Assembly: GCA_964291215.2 (NCBI GenBank)
Contig: OZ219790.1
Coordinates: 1,312,001 to 1,376,000 of the forward strand
Source: Alphaproteobacteria bacterium
GTDB lineage: Bacteria > Pseudomonadota > Alphaproteobacteria > MPNO01 > UBA830
Direction of reading: 5' to 3'
DNA: 64,000 bases
Notes under the pieces: generated by a model
The model's database searches: none
The model's input: only the letters and a program-made list of their open reading frames with translations
Told to the model about the DNA's origin: nothing
Part shown: positions 1 through 8,989 of the stretch, piece after piece
Layout of the letters: every line of letters begins with the position of its first letter
Position numbering within the stretch: position 1 is the first letter of the stretch
Position numbers and translations under genes: made by a program

Positions 1-312
1 ATAGGTCGCCAGACGGAAACCCATTTCCGGATCGAATCTCTTGACCGCCTGCATCAAGCCTACGTTGCCCTCGGAGATGATCTCGCCAAACGGCAAACCG
101 TATCCCTGATACCCTCTGGCAATCTTGGCAACGAGCCTCAGATGGCTCGTCACGAGCGCCTCAGCAGCCTCCGCATCGCCATGCTCCTTCCACCGCTTGG
201 CGAGCATGTATTCCTCTTCCGCTTCGAGCATCGGGAACGTGCGGATATGGCGCAGATACCTCGACAAGCTGTTTTCCGGATCAATCGGTGCCGATGGCAG
301 TTTCGCGTTCAT
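1..312 (-). CDS. rpoH: RNA polymerase sigma-32 factor RpoH (5' part; runs off the window)
   Basis: Manual translation: MNAKLPSAPIDPENSLSRYLRHIRTFPMLEAEEEYMLAKRWKEHGDAEAAEALVTSHLRLVAKIARGYQGYGLPFGEIISEGNVGLMQAVKRFDPEMGFRLATY (regions 1.2/2); conserved rluD-rpoH order. Confidence 0.95.
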   Translation of the reverse strand, partial: MNAKLPSAPIDPENSLSRYLRHIRTFPMLEAEEEYMLAKRWKEHGDAEAAEALVTSHLRLVAKIARGYQGYGLPFGEIISEGNVGLMQAVKRFDPEMGFRLATY

Positions 313-404
313 GTCGTGGCACCTCTTCCGTGGTGCGGGCGTTCCGGTCCAGAAGATGCCGATATTTGCATGATGGATACAGTGTAGCTCCGCAGTTGTC
401 GTTT

Positions 405-1400
405 TCAAGCGCCATTAAGTGCCTGTTCAAGCTCTTCGAGATCTGCCGGCAATCCGCTTTCAAACAGCATTTCCTCACCGGTCACCGGGTGTCGGAAGCC
501 CAGAAGTCTGGCATGCAAAGCTTGGCGGCTGAATCCGGCCACGACTTCCCGGATACTGTCGGGCAGTACCGATCGCCGCGCTCGAGTCGCGCCACCGCCA
601 TAGACGGGATCCCCGATGACGGGATGGCCCCGGGACGCGAGATGCACCCGGATCTGGTGGGTCCTGCCGGTTGCAAGACGGCATTGGAGTTGCGCTGCTG
701 CTCCGTCGCGATACCGAACCTCGGTGCGATACCGTGTCAGGGCTGGACGTCCGCCGGCCGACAGTACGGCCATCTTCCTGCGATCCTTCCGGTCGCGGCC
801 GATATTTCTTGCAATCTCTCCTTCTTCGGGGCAAGGAACGCCCCAAACGAATGCCGCGTAGGCTCGGGAAACGGTCCGCTCCGCGAAACCGGCAGAGAGC
901 CTCTCGTGGGCTGCAGCCGTCTTGGCAGCGACCAAGAGGCCGCTCGTGTCCTTGTCCAGCCGGTGCACGATCCCCGGACGCAACACGCCTCCGATACCCT
1001 TCAGACTCGGCCCGCAATGCGCGATGAGCGCGTTCACCAGCGTCCCCTGAAGATTGCCCGGCGCGGGATGGACCACGAGACTAGGTGGTTTGTCGACGAC
1101 AATGAGATGCTCGTCCTCGAAGACCACGGCAAGCGGGATTTCCTCGCCACCCGGCTCCGCAGGAACTCCCGGTGGGATGCGAAGTACGAAGCGTTCGCCC
1201 GGTTTGACGCGGTAGGAAGCTATGTCTATCGTCCGGTCGCCGTCGTCTCCGATCAGGCATCCGCCGATGATCAGACGCTTCAGTTCGGAACGTGAATGTC
1301 CGGGCGCCAGCGCCGCGAATACTCGGTCGACCCGCTCGCCCGCCATCGTCTCCGGCACGGCAATCCGGATGATTTCTTCGGAAGCGGGATCTTCATTCAT
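405..1400 (-). CDS. rluD: RluA-family pseudouridine synthase (RluD)
   Basis: S4-like N-terminus, motifs VVDKPPSLVVHP, IVHRLDKDTSG, TGRTHQIRVH, RQALHA. Confidence 0.93.
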   Translation of the reverse strand: MNEDPASEEIIRIAVPETMAGERVDRVFAALAPGHSRSELKRLIIGGCLIGDDGDRTIDIASYRVKPGERFVLRIPPGVPAEPGGEEIPLAVVFEDEHLIVVDKPPSLVVHPAPGNLQGTLVNALIAHCGPSLKGIGGVLRPGIVHRLDKDTSGLLVAAKTAAAHERLSAGFAERTVSRAYAAFVWGVPCPEEGEIARNIGRDRKDRRKMAVLSAGGRPALTRYRTEVRYRDGAAAQLQCRLATGRTHQIRVHLASRGHPVIGDPVYGGGATRARRSVLPDSIREVVAGFSRQALHARLLGFRHPVTGEEMLFESGLPADLEELEQALNGA

Positions 1401-1416
1401 GGTTGGCAACAGACCG

Positions 1417-1740
1417 ATGGCTGATCGTCAGAACACCGATTCCGGCGCGCCGCGCTGGCTCAAGCTGCTGGTCGCAGCGATGGGTGTACTGATCATCTGC
1501 GGAACTGTCGGGATCATTGTCGCCGCCCTTGAGTATTCACCGCGCGCGCAATTTCCCGAACATTCCGTCATAAACCTGCCGCCGGGCGCCGAGATAAAGG
1601 AGGCGCGACTGGAAGACGGGCTAATCGTCGTGCACACCGTGCTTCAGAACAATCAGTCCCAGCTGATTCTTATTGACGCCGAAACGGGAAAGCAACTGGG
1701 CATCGTGGATTTCACGGCGCAAGCCGAGGTCCAGGATTAG
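1417..1740 (+). CDS. Small membrane-anchored hypothetical protein, divergent from rluD
   Basis: ATG 1417; LKLLVAAMGVLII transmembrane helix followed by a beta-rich domain; typical alphaproteobacterial rluD neighbour. Confidence 0.75.
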   Translation: MADRQNTDSGAPRWLKLLVAAMGVLIICGTVGIIVAALEYSPRAQFPEHSVINLPPGAEIKEARLEDGLIVVHTVLQNNQSQLILIDAETGKQLGIVDFTAQAEVQD

Positions 1741-1933
1741 CCGGCAGCCACCTGATTCGACTGTTCAAGAGGCTGGAACCGGTCTGACGTCCCATGCCAC
1801 CATGCGCGCGCTGTAGCCTGATGTGCCGCGACAACGACATCGCGCGATGACTGCCCAGCAAGACGGCAGACGACCAATGCTCGACCTAGCCGGTTGGCTT
1901 CATCGTGCACCCATCATGATTTGAAATTCACCG

Positions 1934-1954
1934 GTAACTGCTCACCCCCTAGTT
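1934..1954. repeat. Orphan IS66-type terminal inverted repeat
   Basis: GTAACTGCTCACCCCCTAGTT matches the IS66 ends at 31243 and 34249. Confidence 0.65.
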
Positions 1955-2292
1955 TCAGACATCCCGATTACGCAACCTGATGTCTGGAAATTGTCGTGAA
2001 GCTGATCGAGCTGTTCCCATTTGATCTTGGTTTCGGTTTCCCATTTTTCGTCGATGAGGACTGCGGTTGAGAGGCGCTCCAACGAGGCGAGGTTCGGAAA
2101 GACCCTGACTTTGGAGGTGCGCCGCTTGAGCTCTTGCTGGATCGGTCGCTCGATGCCGTTCGAGGTTCGCATACGCTTGCGGTGAGCATCGGGCAAGGTG
2201 AAGACAGCGAGCCCCGCATTGTTTTCCAACGGGAATTATATACCAAAGTCCCACTTTCGCTTGACCGTTTCCGCACCATAGCCTAGAACGCC

Positions 2293-2324
2293 AACGCCCC
2301 GGTGCTTGGAACACCGGGGCGTTG
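2293..2324. terminator. 13-bp perfect GC-rich hairpin, terminator-like
   Basis: CAACGCCCCGGTG-cttgga-aCACCGGGGCGTTG. Confidence 0.5.
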
Positions 2325-2447
2325 TTGAACCTGCGAGCCGAGGCCGGCCGTGCCCCGTCTGCCGCTCCATGTAGCGCCAGCCGGTTGCGCCGTCAACGGG
2401 CCGCCAAGGCATGGAGGAAGCGCATGACGGAGATCAGATCAGGGCAT

Positions 2448-2708
2448 TCACCGTGTGCATTGCCGTAGCGTTGCGTAGGGCTGAAGCTCGTCCGGCAGAG
2501 GACGCATTCTCTGCCGAGACTGTCCTTGATGAGGCCGGGTATATCTTGGAACTGATATGCGCCGCTCGGCCGCCATTCTCAACTGAGGAAAAGCAGTCTC
2601 AAGCTCTTCGAGCGCTTCACCAGTTGCTTTCGACATCAATTCACGGACGCGCGCACCTGCTTGTCGATCTGGAATCTCTGTATCCGAAGCAGTGATGTTG
2701 CTTGCCAT
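2448..2708 (-). CDS. Hypothetical IS passenger protein (an overlapping + strand ORF 2411-2695 is the alternative)
   Basis: 86-aa ORF preceded by a GGGAG RBS-like site and a structured leader; coding strand ambiguous. Confidence 0.4.
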   Translation of the reverse strand: MASNITASDTEIPDRQAGARVRELMSKATGEALEELETAFPQLRMAAERRISVPRYTRPHQGQSRQRMRPLPDELQPYATLRQCTR

Positions 2709-2804
2709 GGCGGAAGCTCCCGGTTAGGTTGGTCGAACCTCCCGGACGTTCCTAAGTCCAGTAGCGCCCCGCGTCGGTCCCCCAACCTGCGGGGCGTTGC
2801 GCTT

Positions 2805-2978
2805 TCAGGCTTCCGGGTCTTCTACCACCTTCACGGGGCGCATGAGCGTCCGCACCGCCTCGCCGACCTTGTATTCGGTCCCGTCGGCCTTGCGCGGCGG
2901 CGTGAACACTTCCTCGATTTCCGCCTTCGTCGGCTGGTAGCGGTTAGACTTCAATCGAACCTCTTGGCGCGCCGTCAT
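2805..2978 (-). CDS. 57-aa small IS1595-associated protein (not in the ORF track)
   Basis: MTARQEVRLKSNRYQPTKAEIEEVFTPPRKADGTEYKVGEAVRTLMRPVKVVEDPEA; AAGGA RBS; followed by a hairpin. Confidence 0.65.
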   Translation of the reverse strand: MTARQEVRLKSNRYQPTKAEIEEVFTPPRKADGTEYKVGEAVRTLMRPVKVVEDPEA

Positions 2979-3081
2979 ATTCCTTGCCTCACCGCTCGCG
3001 GGATCAGGCTGGCAGCCTGCCCGTTTTTGGCCGGTGATGCAAGGGATAGGAACAGAAAAAACCCCCTGCTATCGTATCCCC

Positions 3082-3206
3082 GTCAACACTGTGCGCGCCC
3101 GCTCTGTCGGGTCGCCCACCGAATAGAACAGCCTGAACCCGGCAGCGGGCCGATCACCCGCCGCCTGGCGAATAGGTGGGACTCTCACTTCGTGTGCAGT
3201 GTTGAC
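3082..3206 (+). ncRNA. Candidate structured RNA inside the IS1595 element
   Basis: 16-bp closing stem GTCAACACTGTGCGCG/CGTGTGCAGTGTTGAC with three G-U pairs on the + strand; inner CCCACC/GGTGGG stem and two hairpins. Confidence 0.4.
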
Positions 3207-3265
3207 AACGGCCCGACGCCAGCCGGTGGCGCCGGGAACCAGTGCGATAGCGGAGGGAGGGCGGA

Positions 3266-3688
3266 ATGTTCGATTTCAAGCGAGCATCGAAACAGGAGCT
3301 TGAGCAGAAATTCAAGGAGATCGCCAGAGAGTCCGGCGATGATAGGTTCGGGACCAAAAAGGAGTTGAAGCATCTGCCGCAGCTCCTGACGGACGATGAG
3401 CAGGTGCTTGGCTTCGCATCAGGCATCTTGGACGGGAACACATGGCTGATCGCCCTGACGGATCGTCGGGTGCTCTTCCTCGACAAGGGAATGCTGTGGG
3501 GCCTCAAGGAGTCCTCGATACCCCTCGACAGGGTCAACGGCGTCTCCGGGGAGACTGGCCTCATCTTCGGCAAGATCATCATCAACGATGGCTTCGCTGC
3601 ACGGCAGATCAAGAACGTGCCGAAGGGCGCAGTGCGGCCGTTCATCAATCGGCTTCAGCTTGAGATAGACGCCCAGCGCAGGGCATAG
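3266..3688 (+). CDS. Bacterial PH-domain protein (bPH_3/YokE-like), IS passenger
   Basis: GGAGGG RBS; motif LIALTDRRVLFLDKGMLWG..SIPLDRV. Confidence 0.8.
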   Translation: MFDFKRASKQELEQKFKEIARESGDDRFGTKKELKHLPQLLTDDEQVLGFASGILDGNTWLIALTDRRVLFLDKGMLWGLKESSIPLDRVNGVSGETGLIFGKIIINDGFAARQIKNVPKGAVRPFINRLQLEIDAQRRA

Positions 3689-3695
3689 GCACCGG

Positions 3696-4112
3696 TCAGC
3701 GGTCGAACAGAAACTCGCCGAGAATACGCTCGCTGATCTGCCAGAGCGGATATGTCGCTTCGTCGATTTGCAGGTCGCATTCCTGCCGTTCGGGGTTCCA
3801 TTGCGGAACGATCGTCAAATGCAGCTTCCCCGAGCGGCAGGCGGTAATGGCTTCATCCGACCGCCGGACGACGACCACATCCTTGCCGTCGTCGGCATCC
3901 ACTTCGTGTGTGCCACGATAGTCCTTCACCAACTCGATGCGGCGGACGACCAGTTCGCCGTCCGCAAACGCAGCCCGAAACTCATGGCTGCCTCTCTTGT
4001 GCGCCGGGAGCCGGTTGAACTCGGCTACATCGTCCTTCACCCGCTTGATGATGGAGTTGAGGCAATCGTCAACGGAGCAGTTCGCCCGTGCCGTCACCCA
4101 CCCGGCTCTCAT
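3696..4112 (-). CDS. Hypothetical protein translationally coupled to the IS1595 transposase
   Basis: 138-aa ORF; ATGA overlap with the transposase stop. Confidence 0.75.
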   Translation of the reverse strand: MRAGWVTARANCSVDDCLNSIIKRVKDDVAEFNRLPAHKRGSHEFRAAFADGELVVRRIELVKDYRGTHEVDADDGKDVVVVRRSDEAITACRSGKLHLTIVPQWNPERQECDLQIDEATYPLWQISERILGEFLFDR

Positions 4113-5107
4113 GCGACTGGCCTTGCGCCGGACGGCAGGCCCTTGTCTGCGATGAGGTCCTGATACCGCAGCCGCTTGCCTCTCATGCCGGCGGCGGTGC
4201 GCCCCATCATGTCCTCGGTGTCCAGGGGCCGGATGTTGTGCCGGCCCGCCGCCTCGGCAACATAGAGGTCGAGATGCTTCTCGCTGAACTTGTGGAAGGT
4301 CCCGACAAAGCTGCGCTTGAGGCCTGCCCAGAAGCTCTCCATGCCATTCGTTGAGGCCATGCCCCGCACGAACTCCTTGGCCGAGTGCTTCACCGCCTCG
4401 TGGGCATATTCGGGCATTCCAGCGTAGGCAGGCGCTTCATCGGTATAGAGGGTCGCGCCGGGCGCTACGTGCTCCCGCACGAAGGACTGGAGCGCGCTGG
4501 CGTCGGTTCCCTCCATGCGGCGAGCGGCTACCTGGTTCGTGTCCCGGTCCTTCACGCCCGCCACGGCGGCTTTCCCAACCGTCCCGCGTCCGGCACCAGC
4601 CTCCGCCAGTGCCTTGCGCTTCGCGTTCGACATGTTCTTACGCTTTCCGCCGATGAAAGTTTCGTCGGCTTCTGCGGGGCCGAGAAACATCGGAACCTCT
4701 CCGTTTTCCAGCGCCTTGCGGAGCCGGTGCGCCAGATGCCACGCGCTCTTCTGCGTAATCTCCAGCTCACGATGCAAGCGCATGGACGAAACGCCCTTGA
4801 GGTTCGTCATGACGAGGTAGAGCGCAATCGCCCAATCCCGGTAGCCGAGCTTCGAGCCCTCCATGACCGAGCCGGTCCTCAGGCTGAACTGCGGCCGCTT
4901 CGGGCAGGACCGGCAGCGGTGCGTCATCGTCTTGTGCCCGATCGGGTGCTGCACATCGTAGGACCCGCAGTGCGGGCAGAACGGACCCTCCGGCCACATG
5001 TGCGACTCGAACCACTCCCGCGCCTTCTCGTCGTCCGGGAACATGGTCATCAGCCGCTTCACGCTGATGCCCTTGCGGAACGCTTTGCCGGGTGCCTTTT
5101 TGACCAT
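4109..5107 (-). CDS. IS1595-family DDE transposase (intact)
   Basis: Zn ribbon CPHC..CRSC, HTH (VSSMRLHRELEITQKSAW), EADETFIGG, LYTDE, TNGMESFW. Confidence 0.95.
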   Translation of the reverse strand: MVKKAPGKAFRKGISVKRLMTMFPDDEKAREWFESHMWPEGPFCPHCGSYDVQHPIGHKTMTHRCRSCPKRPQFSLRTGSVMEGSKLGYRDWAIALYLVMTNLKGVSSMRLHRELEITQKSAWHLAHRLRKALENGEVPMFLGPAEADETFIGGKRKNMSNAKRKALAEAGAGRGTVGKAAVAGVKDRDTNQVAARRMEGTDASALQSFVREHVAPGATLYTDEAPAYAGMPEYAHEAVKHSAKEFVRGMASTNGMESFWAGLKRSFVGTFHKFSEKHLDLYVAEAAGRHNIRPLDTEDMMGRTAAGMRGKRLRYQDLIADKGLPSGARPVA

Positions 5108-5145
5108 CGGAACAACCTCTTATGGCGTGTTTCGCCCTATCCTCA

Positions 5146-5174
5146 TCATGGCGGATTACGCCCGGTGCGTCAAG
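5146..5174 (-). promoter_or_regulatory. Sigma70-like promoter for the IS1595 transposase
   Basis: TTGACG-N17-CATGAT on the - strand; -35 lies at the inner edge of the TIR. Confidence 0.5.
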
Positions 5175-6089
5175 GAAAAATGGGAGTTTGGTATATAATT
5201 TCCTTTCCAACCAGGAAACTTGGATGCTTGTCGCTGGCCACGAGGGCGCCCAGTTCGGCCTCGGCGGTTTGGAGTGAGGAGGCGTGGCTCCGAGCTGTTT
5301 TCCGATACGTTTCCTGATGTCGTTGTTCGGTGCACGGCGTTTTGCGCCAGGTGGAACTGGCAGCGCTGCCACATCGCCGCACCTTGCACCGCGCGTCGTG
5401 CCGCTTTCAGCCCGGCATCCGAAACGATGAAGGTCGTACCATGCAGGGCCTGCAAGCTTTCCAGGAAGGCTCTCCAATGGACCTCGGCCTCGGAGAGCGC
5501 CACAGAGAGCCCCAGAACATGCCTGCAGCCCCTGTTCCGATGGCCGAGAGCACTGCGACATCGCGCACAACGCCGTCATGGCAGGCTTTTTCATGGCGCG
5601 CATCTAGGTATTTCATCAGGGGCCGGTTGCGCGGCGAGTTCTTCGTCGAGCAACCTGGTGGCCCGGCTGACCTGAGAAGAGGACAGGCTCCCGAACTCGC
5701 GCATTACATCCTGCCGTGTGGAAACACCCTTGATGTACATCTCGGCTACGGCGCGAGAAGATCGCTGGCCGCGTTCAAGCGACTGGGGGGTCATCCCCGT
5801 GACCGTTTGGCACCTGAACGGTAACAGTGGGGGTGTCGATCCGCTTGTAGCCGTTGGCATAGCCCTGTCGCTCCGGTGGCCCGCTTTCAAGTACTGCTCG
5901 CGCTCGATTTGCATCGCAAGCTCGAAGAGCTGACCAAAGACCCGCCCCAGATCCGTTGCTCCGTTTGCGATCAGATGTTCCAAAACAGTCCCGATCGTCG
6001 TAGTGTGTCGCAGGTCCATTCGCTTCCTCCATGAAGGTTTTCCAACTCCATGGGATGGCACGATGGCGCCGCGTTTCACTGGGGGGCTA

Positions 6090-7343
6090 GTAGTCTGGCA
6101 TTATTGGATTGAGGGATATAGTGACTTCAGTTTCGTCCGGGCATCCTTCGTCGTGAAACGCCAGTCGACAGTGACATCGGCCGCATTGCGGCGCTCGACC
6201 CACGCCACGGTCTCCCGCAGCATGGTGTCGCGGTCGGGAATGCGTCGCCGAAGGCATTGCCGCGACAGCGCGCCGCTCTCGATCTCGGCCATGTTGAGCC
6301 AGCTTCCATGCTTCGGCGTATAGCGAAACTCGAACCGCTTTCGTACCCGCCTCCTCGGGCTCGAAGGCTTCATACAGTGACTGTGCGTGTTCAGATTGTC
6401 CAGCACGATCTTCCTGTCGGGGAAATGGTCGTCGGCAAGCTCCCGGATGAAGTGCGCCCAGTCCCGCGGCGGTCGGTGACTTTCACCGTGCGCCAGTTCT
6501 CGTTGGGCGCAAAGGCCATGAAGAGGTTGGCCGTACCGTTGCGCTCATATTCATAGTCGACCACCTCCGGCTGACCGGGAGACGGGGGATGCGGGTTTCC
6601 TGCTGCCGGCTGGTTTCATCCATGCACACCAGCACCTCGTCCCTGGCAAAGTCCCGCTGATAAATGTCAAGCACATCCTCCATCGCCGCCACGAACTGTG
6701 CGCTCCGGTGCGGTGGAATGCACCAGTACTGCTTCAGCCACGGCTTGATCTCCTTTTTTTTAGCGTCTTCCTGACCGTCTCTTCCGAAATGCGCTCGACG
6801 ATCTCCATCTCCACCAGACGGCCGGCGAGCAGCTTCAGCGTCCAGCGGGCACAGCCCTCGGGCGGGGATGAGCAGGGCGACCAGCTTCGCCTCCATCGCC
6901 CCCGTTTCGGCCGACGGTTCACCTGCTCCTTGCGGCTGAGGGCGGCGTCCAGCCCCTCCAGGACGCAGCGCAAGCGCTCAATCGTCGCCGTGCCGATGCC
7001 CAGCGCAATGTCGGCATCGACAAGCGCCCCCTCAGCATCAGGACCTGTGCCCGGCGCCAGGCGGCCCCGGTGCCGTCGACGATCGCCTTCAAATCCTGGC
7101 GCTCCTGCGTTGAAAGGGTCACGCGGTAGAGCTTCCTGCCCCGAGAGTTGGCCATATGCGCCGCTCCTGTCATTGCGCCGAAGACCTGCGGGCATGCCCG
7201 TTGTCCGGACCTGCACATGGGGCTGCGGCTGCCTGCCTGTTCGGCATCTGCCCGTGTGGATATCGGCACTGTCCGGATTCCAACGAATGCCGACACGGAA
7301 ATACTACCCACAAAAAACCATCAATACAATGCCGGTGGACTAC
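6090..7343 (-). mobile_element. IS630-family element, degraded
   Basis: TA duplication (6088-89, 7344-45); motifs VCMDET, LDNLNTH, YTPKHGSWLNMAEIE; A-run frameshift site ~6753. Confidence 0.9.
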
Positions 7344-7514
7344 TAGCCCCCCAGTGAAACGCCTCAAAGCGCAAACCTCAGACAAATTTCCAGACATCAA
7401 GTTACAGTACCGACATGGGGACATCCTCCCCCTCACCCTCATCTCCTGACCTCGGCTTTGATTTCTTCCAATCAGGGTGCAGTTCGTAGATCATGCGGAG
7501 GCCGGTTCGGAGCT

Positions 7515-8149
7515 TGAGGAAGGCATCCTGAGGAGCCACAGGCTCAAGATCGCCGAACATCGTGCCGATCCTGGCCAGCGCGTCGACGCGGTTGGCCAGA
7601 TGGCCCATCGCCTCGGCGAAGCGCCGGGCCCGCAGCGGGCAAGACAACCTCGAAGCCCCGATCATGAAGACACTGGTAAACCCTGCGGTGATAGCGGCCT
7701 GTCGCCTCCATCACCACACGGGTCACCTCGAGGCTGCGAAGCCACGTGCCCGCCAGCTCGTGGCGTCGTTCGCAAAACAATGCGCCAGATGTTCAGACTG
7801 GCCTTGCTGACATCGATCCCTGCTATTACCTTGACCATCGTCCCTTGCTCCTCGTCTCATGATGATTCGGTTCCAAACCTAGGCATCCATTCAGGACACG
7901 AGGGACGCTAGGGGAGGTTGGCCGACCAAGCTTGCGCACGGCTCTGCAAGGCCAAGACGGAAACGGTCCGACCAACCTCCGCGGAGATCGTTTGATCCCC
8001 GCTCCCCTGTGCGTGTTCGCGCAGGGGAGCGGAATCTCTCTGTAACCATGGACCGGACGCTCTCCCACAGTCAGGGTTGTCCACATTTTCCCGTCCCCGA
8101 CCGCTGTGGATGATTTCATCATCAAGGGGATAAAACCTGATCATATAAG
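7515..8149 (-). mobile_element. IS110-family copy 1 (left end with bridge-RNA-like region plus 5' part of the recombinase; truncated)
   Basis: DEDD N-terminal motifs VVMEATGRYH, ARRFAEAMGHLA(K)..RVDA; ~310-nt structured left end homologous to 13190-13451. Confidence 0.85.
7835..8140 (-). ncRNA. Putative IS110 bridge RNA (copy 1)
   Basis: Hairpin CCGCTCCCCTG/CAGGGGAGCGG; stem GGAGGTTGGTCG/CGGCCAACCTCC enclosing a variable loop; segment ATGGATGC matches the element right end seen in copy 2. Confidence 0.65.
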
Positions 8150-8810
8150 ACGGCGACGCTGATCACCCGGTGCTGCGGCGCAGACCACATCTTCCCGGTC
8201 AAAGGCAATGCGCTCGAAACCTTCGACATCCTCGACGGCATCGACCGGGAGACGGATGCCAGCGGCCGCTTCAGGGAGGCAAGGCCCACGGACGCCTCGA
8301 GCAGCGCTCGATACGTGCCGCTCGAGGACCTGATCAACTACCCCGGCGTCAGAGCCGGATCGCCCGCATCAAGCGCTACCGCAAGCCGCCGGGAAAGAGC
8401 GCCAGCGGCGCAGCGAGCGGCAACGACTGCACCGGTACATCATCACCTCGCTCAATGCGCAACACGCGTCGCCAGAGGAACTGCTGCGGCTCGGTCGCGG
8501 GCACCGGGCCGTGGAAAGCATGAACCACCGCCAGAGAGACTGCGTCTTCGGCGAGGACGCCTGCCTGACCCGCAAACCGCGCCAGCCTCGACAACATCGC
8601 GCTCGCGGTGATCTTCGCCAACCGACGCGAGAGCCTCGCCGAAACACGGCTGCAGCTCGACCGCCGGGAAGCCGTCGCAGCCCGGCCCTGAGCGCCAATG
8701 GTGTCCGGCCGATTCCCGGGCGCCGCCCACAACCCGCCCACGCGCCGATAACGCCGCCGCCGGCGACCGCGGACGGCCCCGAAGCCAGAAAACCCGGCAC
8801 GCCGTGAAAC
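8150..8810 (+). pseudogene. ISAs1-family transposase remnant
   Basis: Fragments VKGNA, KAHGRLEQRSIR, RGHRAVESMNHRQRDCVFGEDAC. Confidence 0.8.
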
Positions 8811-8989
8811 TTCCGGACAGCAGAAGACAGCAAAATTGAATGCAGCGTAGGAAAGACCTAGCTTCTACGGTCCGGCCCACCAAGAGATAGCCGGCGTGCT
8901 CAGGGACGACCGGGAGGAGGTCAACCTGCTCGCCGGTTTCGGTGCCAGTACTAACCCGTCCGCCGGGCCGGGAGCGCGCGGGAAGCGGC

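Larger units (their letters stand above)
2231..5203 (-). mobile_element. IS1595-family (ISNwi1-like) transporter IS with passenger genes
   Basis: TIRs GGGAATTATATACCAAAGTCCCA / GGAAATTATATACCAAACTCCCA; 8-bp TSD TTTCCAAC at 2223-2230 and 5204-5211; the empty site is visible in the IS256 copy near 37465. Confidence 0.93.
1966..7411 (-). mobile_element. IS256-family element, degraded; interrupted by IS1595 (2231-5203) and IS630 (6090-7343)
   Basis: TIRs GATTACGCAACCTGATGTCTGGAAATTGTC / GGTACTGTAACTTGATGTCTGGAAATTTGTC; transposase fragments MDLRHTTTIG..., WQRCQFH, RMRTSNGIERPIQQELKRRT across several frames. Confidence 0.88.

Noticed and set aside
2305-2312. Hairpin loop TTCCAA resembling the IS1595 TSD TTTCCAAC (RNA-guided targeting)
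   Set aside because: Only 6 nt and a single instance; cannot be distinguished from chance.
3082-3206. Integron attC site
   Set aside because: Ends do not fit RYYYAAC/GTTRRRY well; no integrase or cassette array in the window.
6071-6089. Long perfect inverted arms as IS630 TIRs
   Set aside because: They lie outside the TA duplication and rejoin as a palindrome in the IS256 leader.
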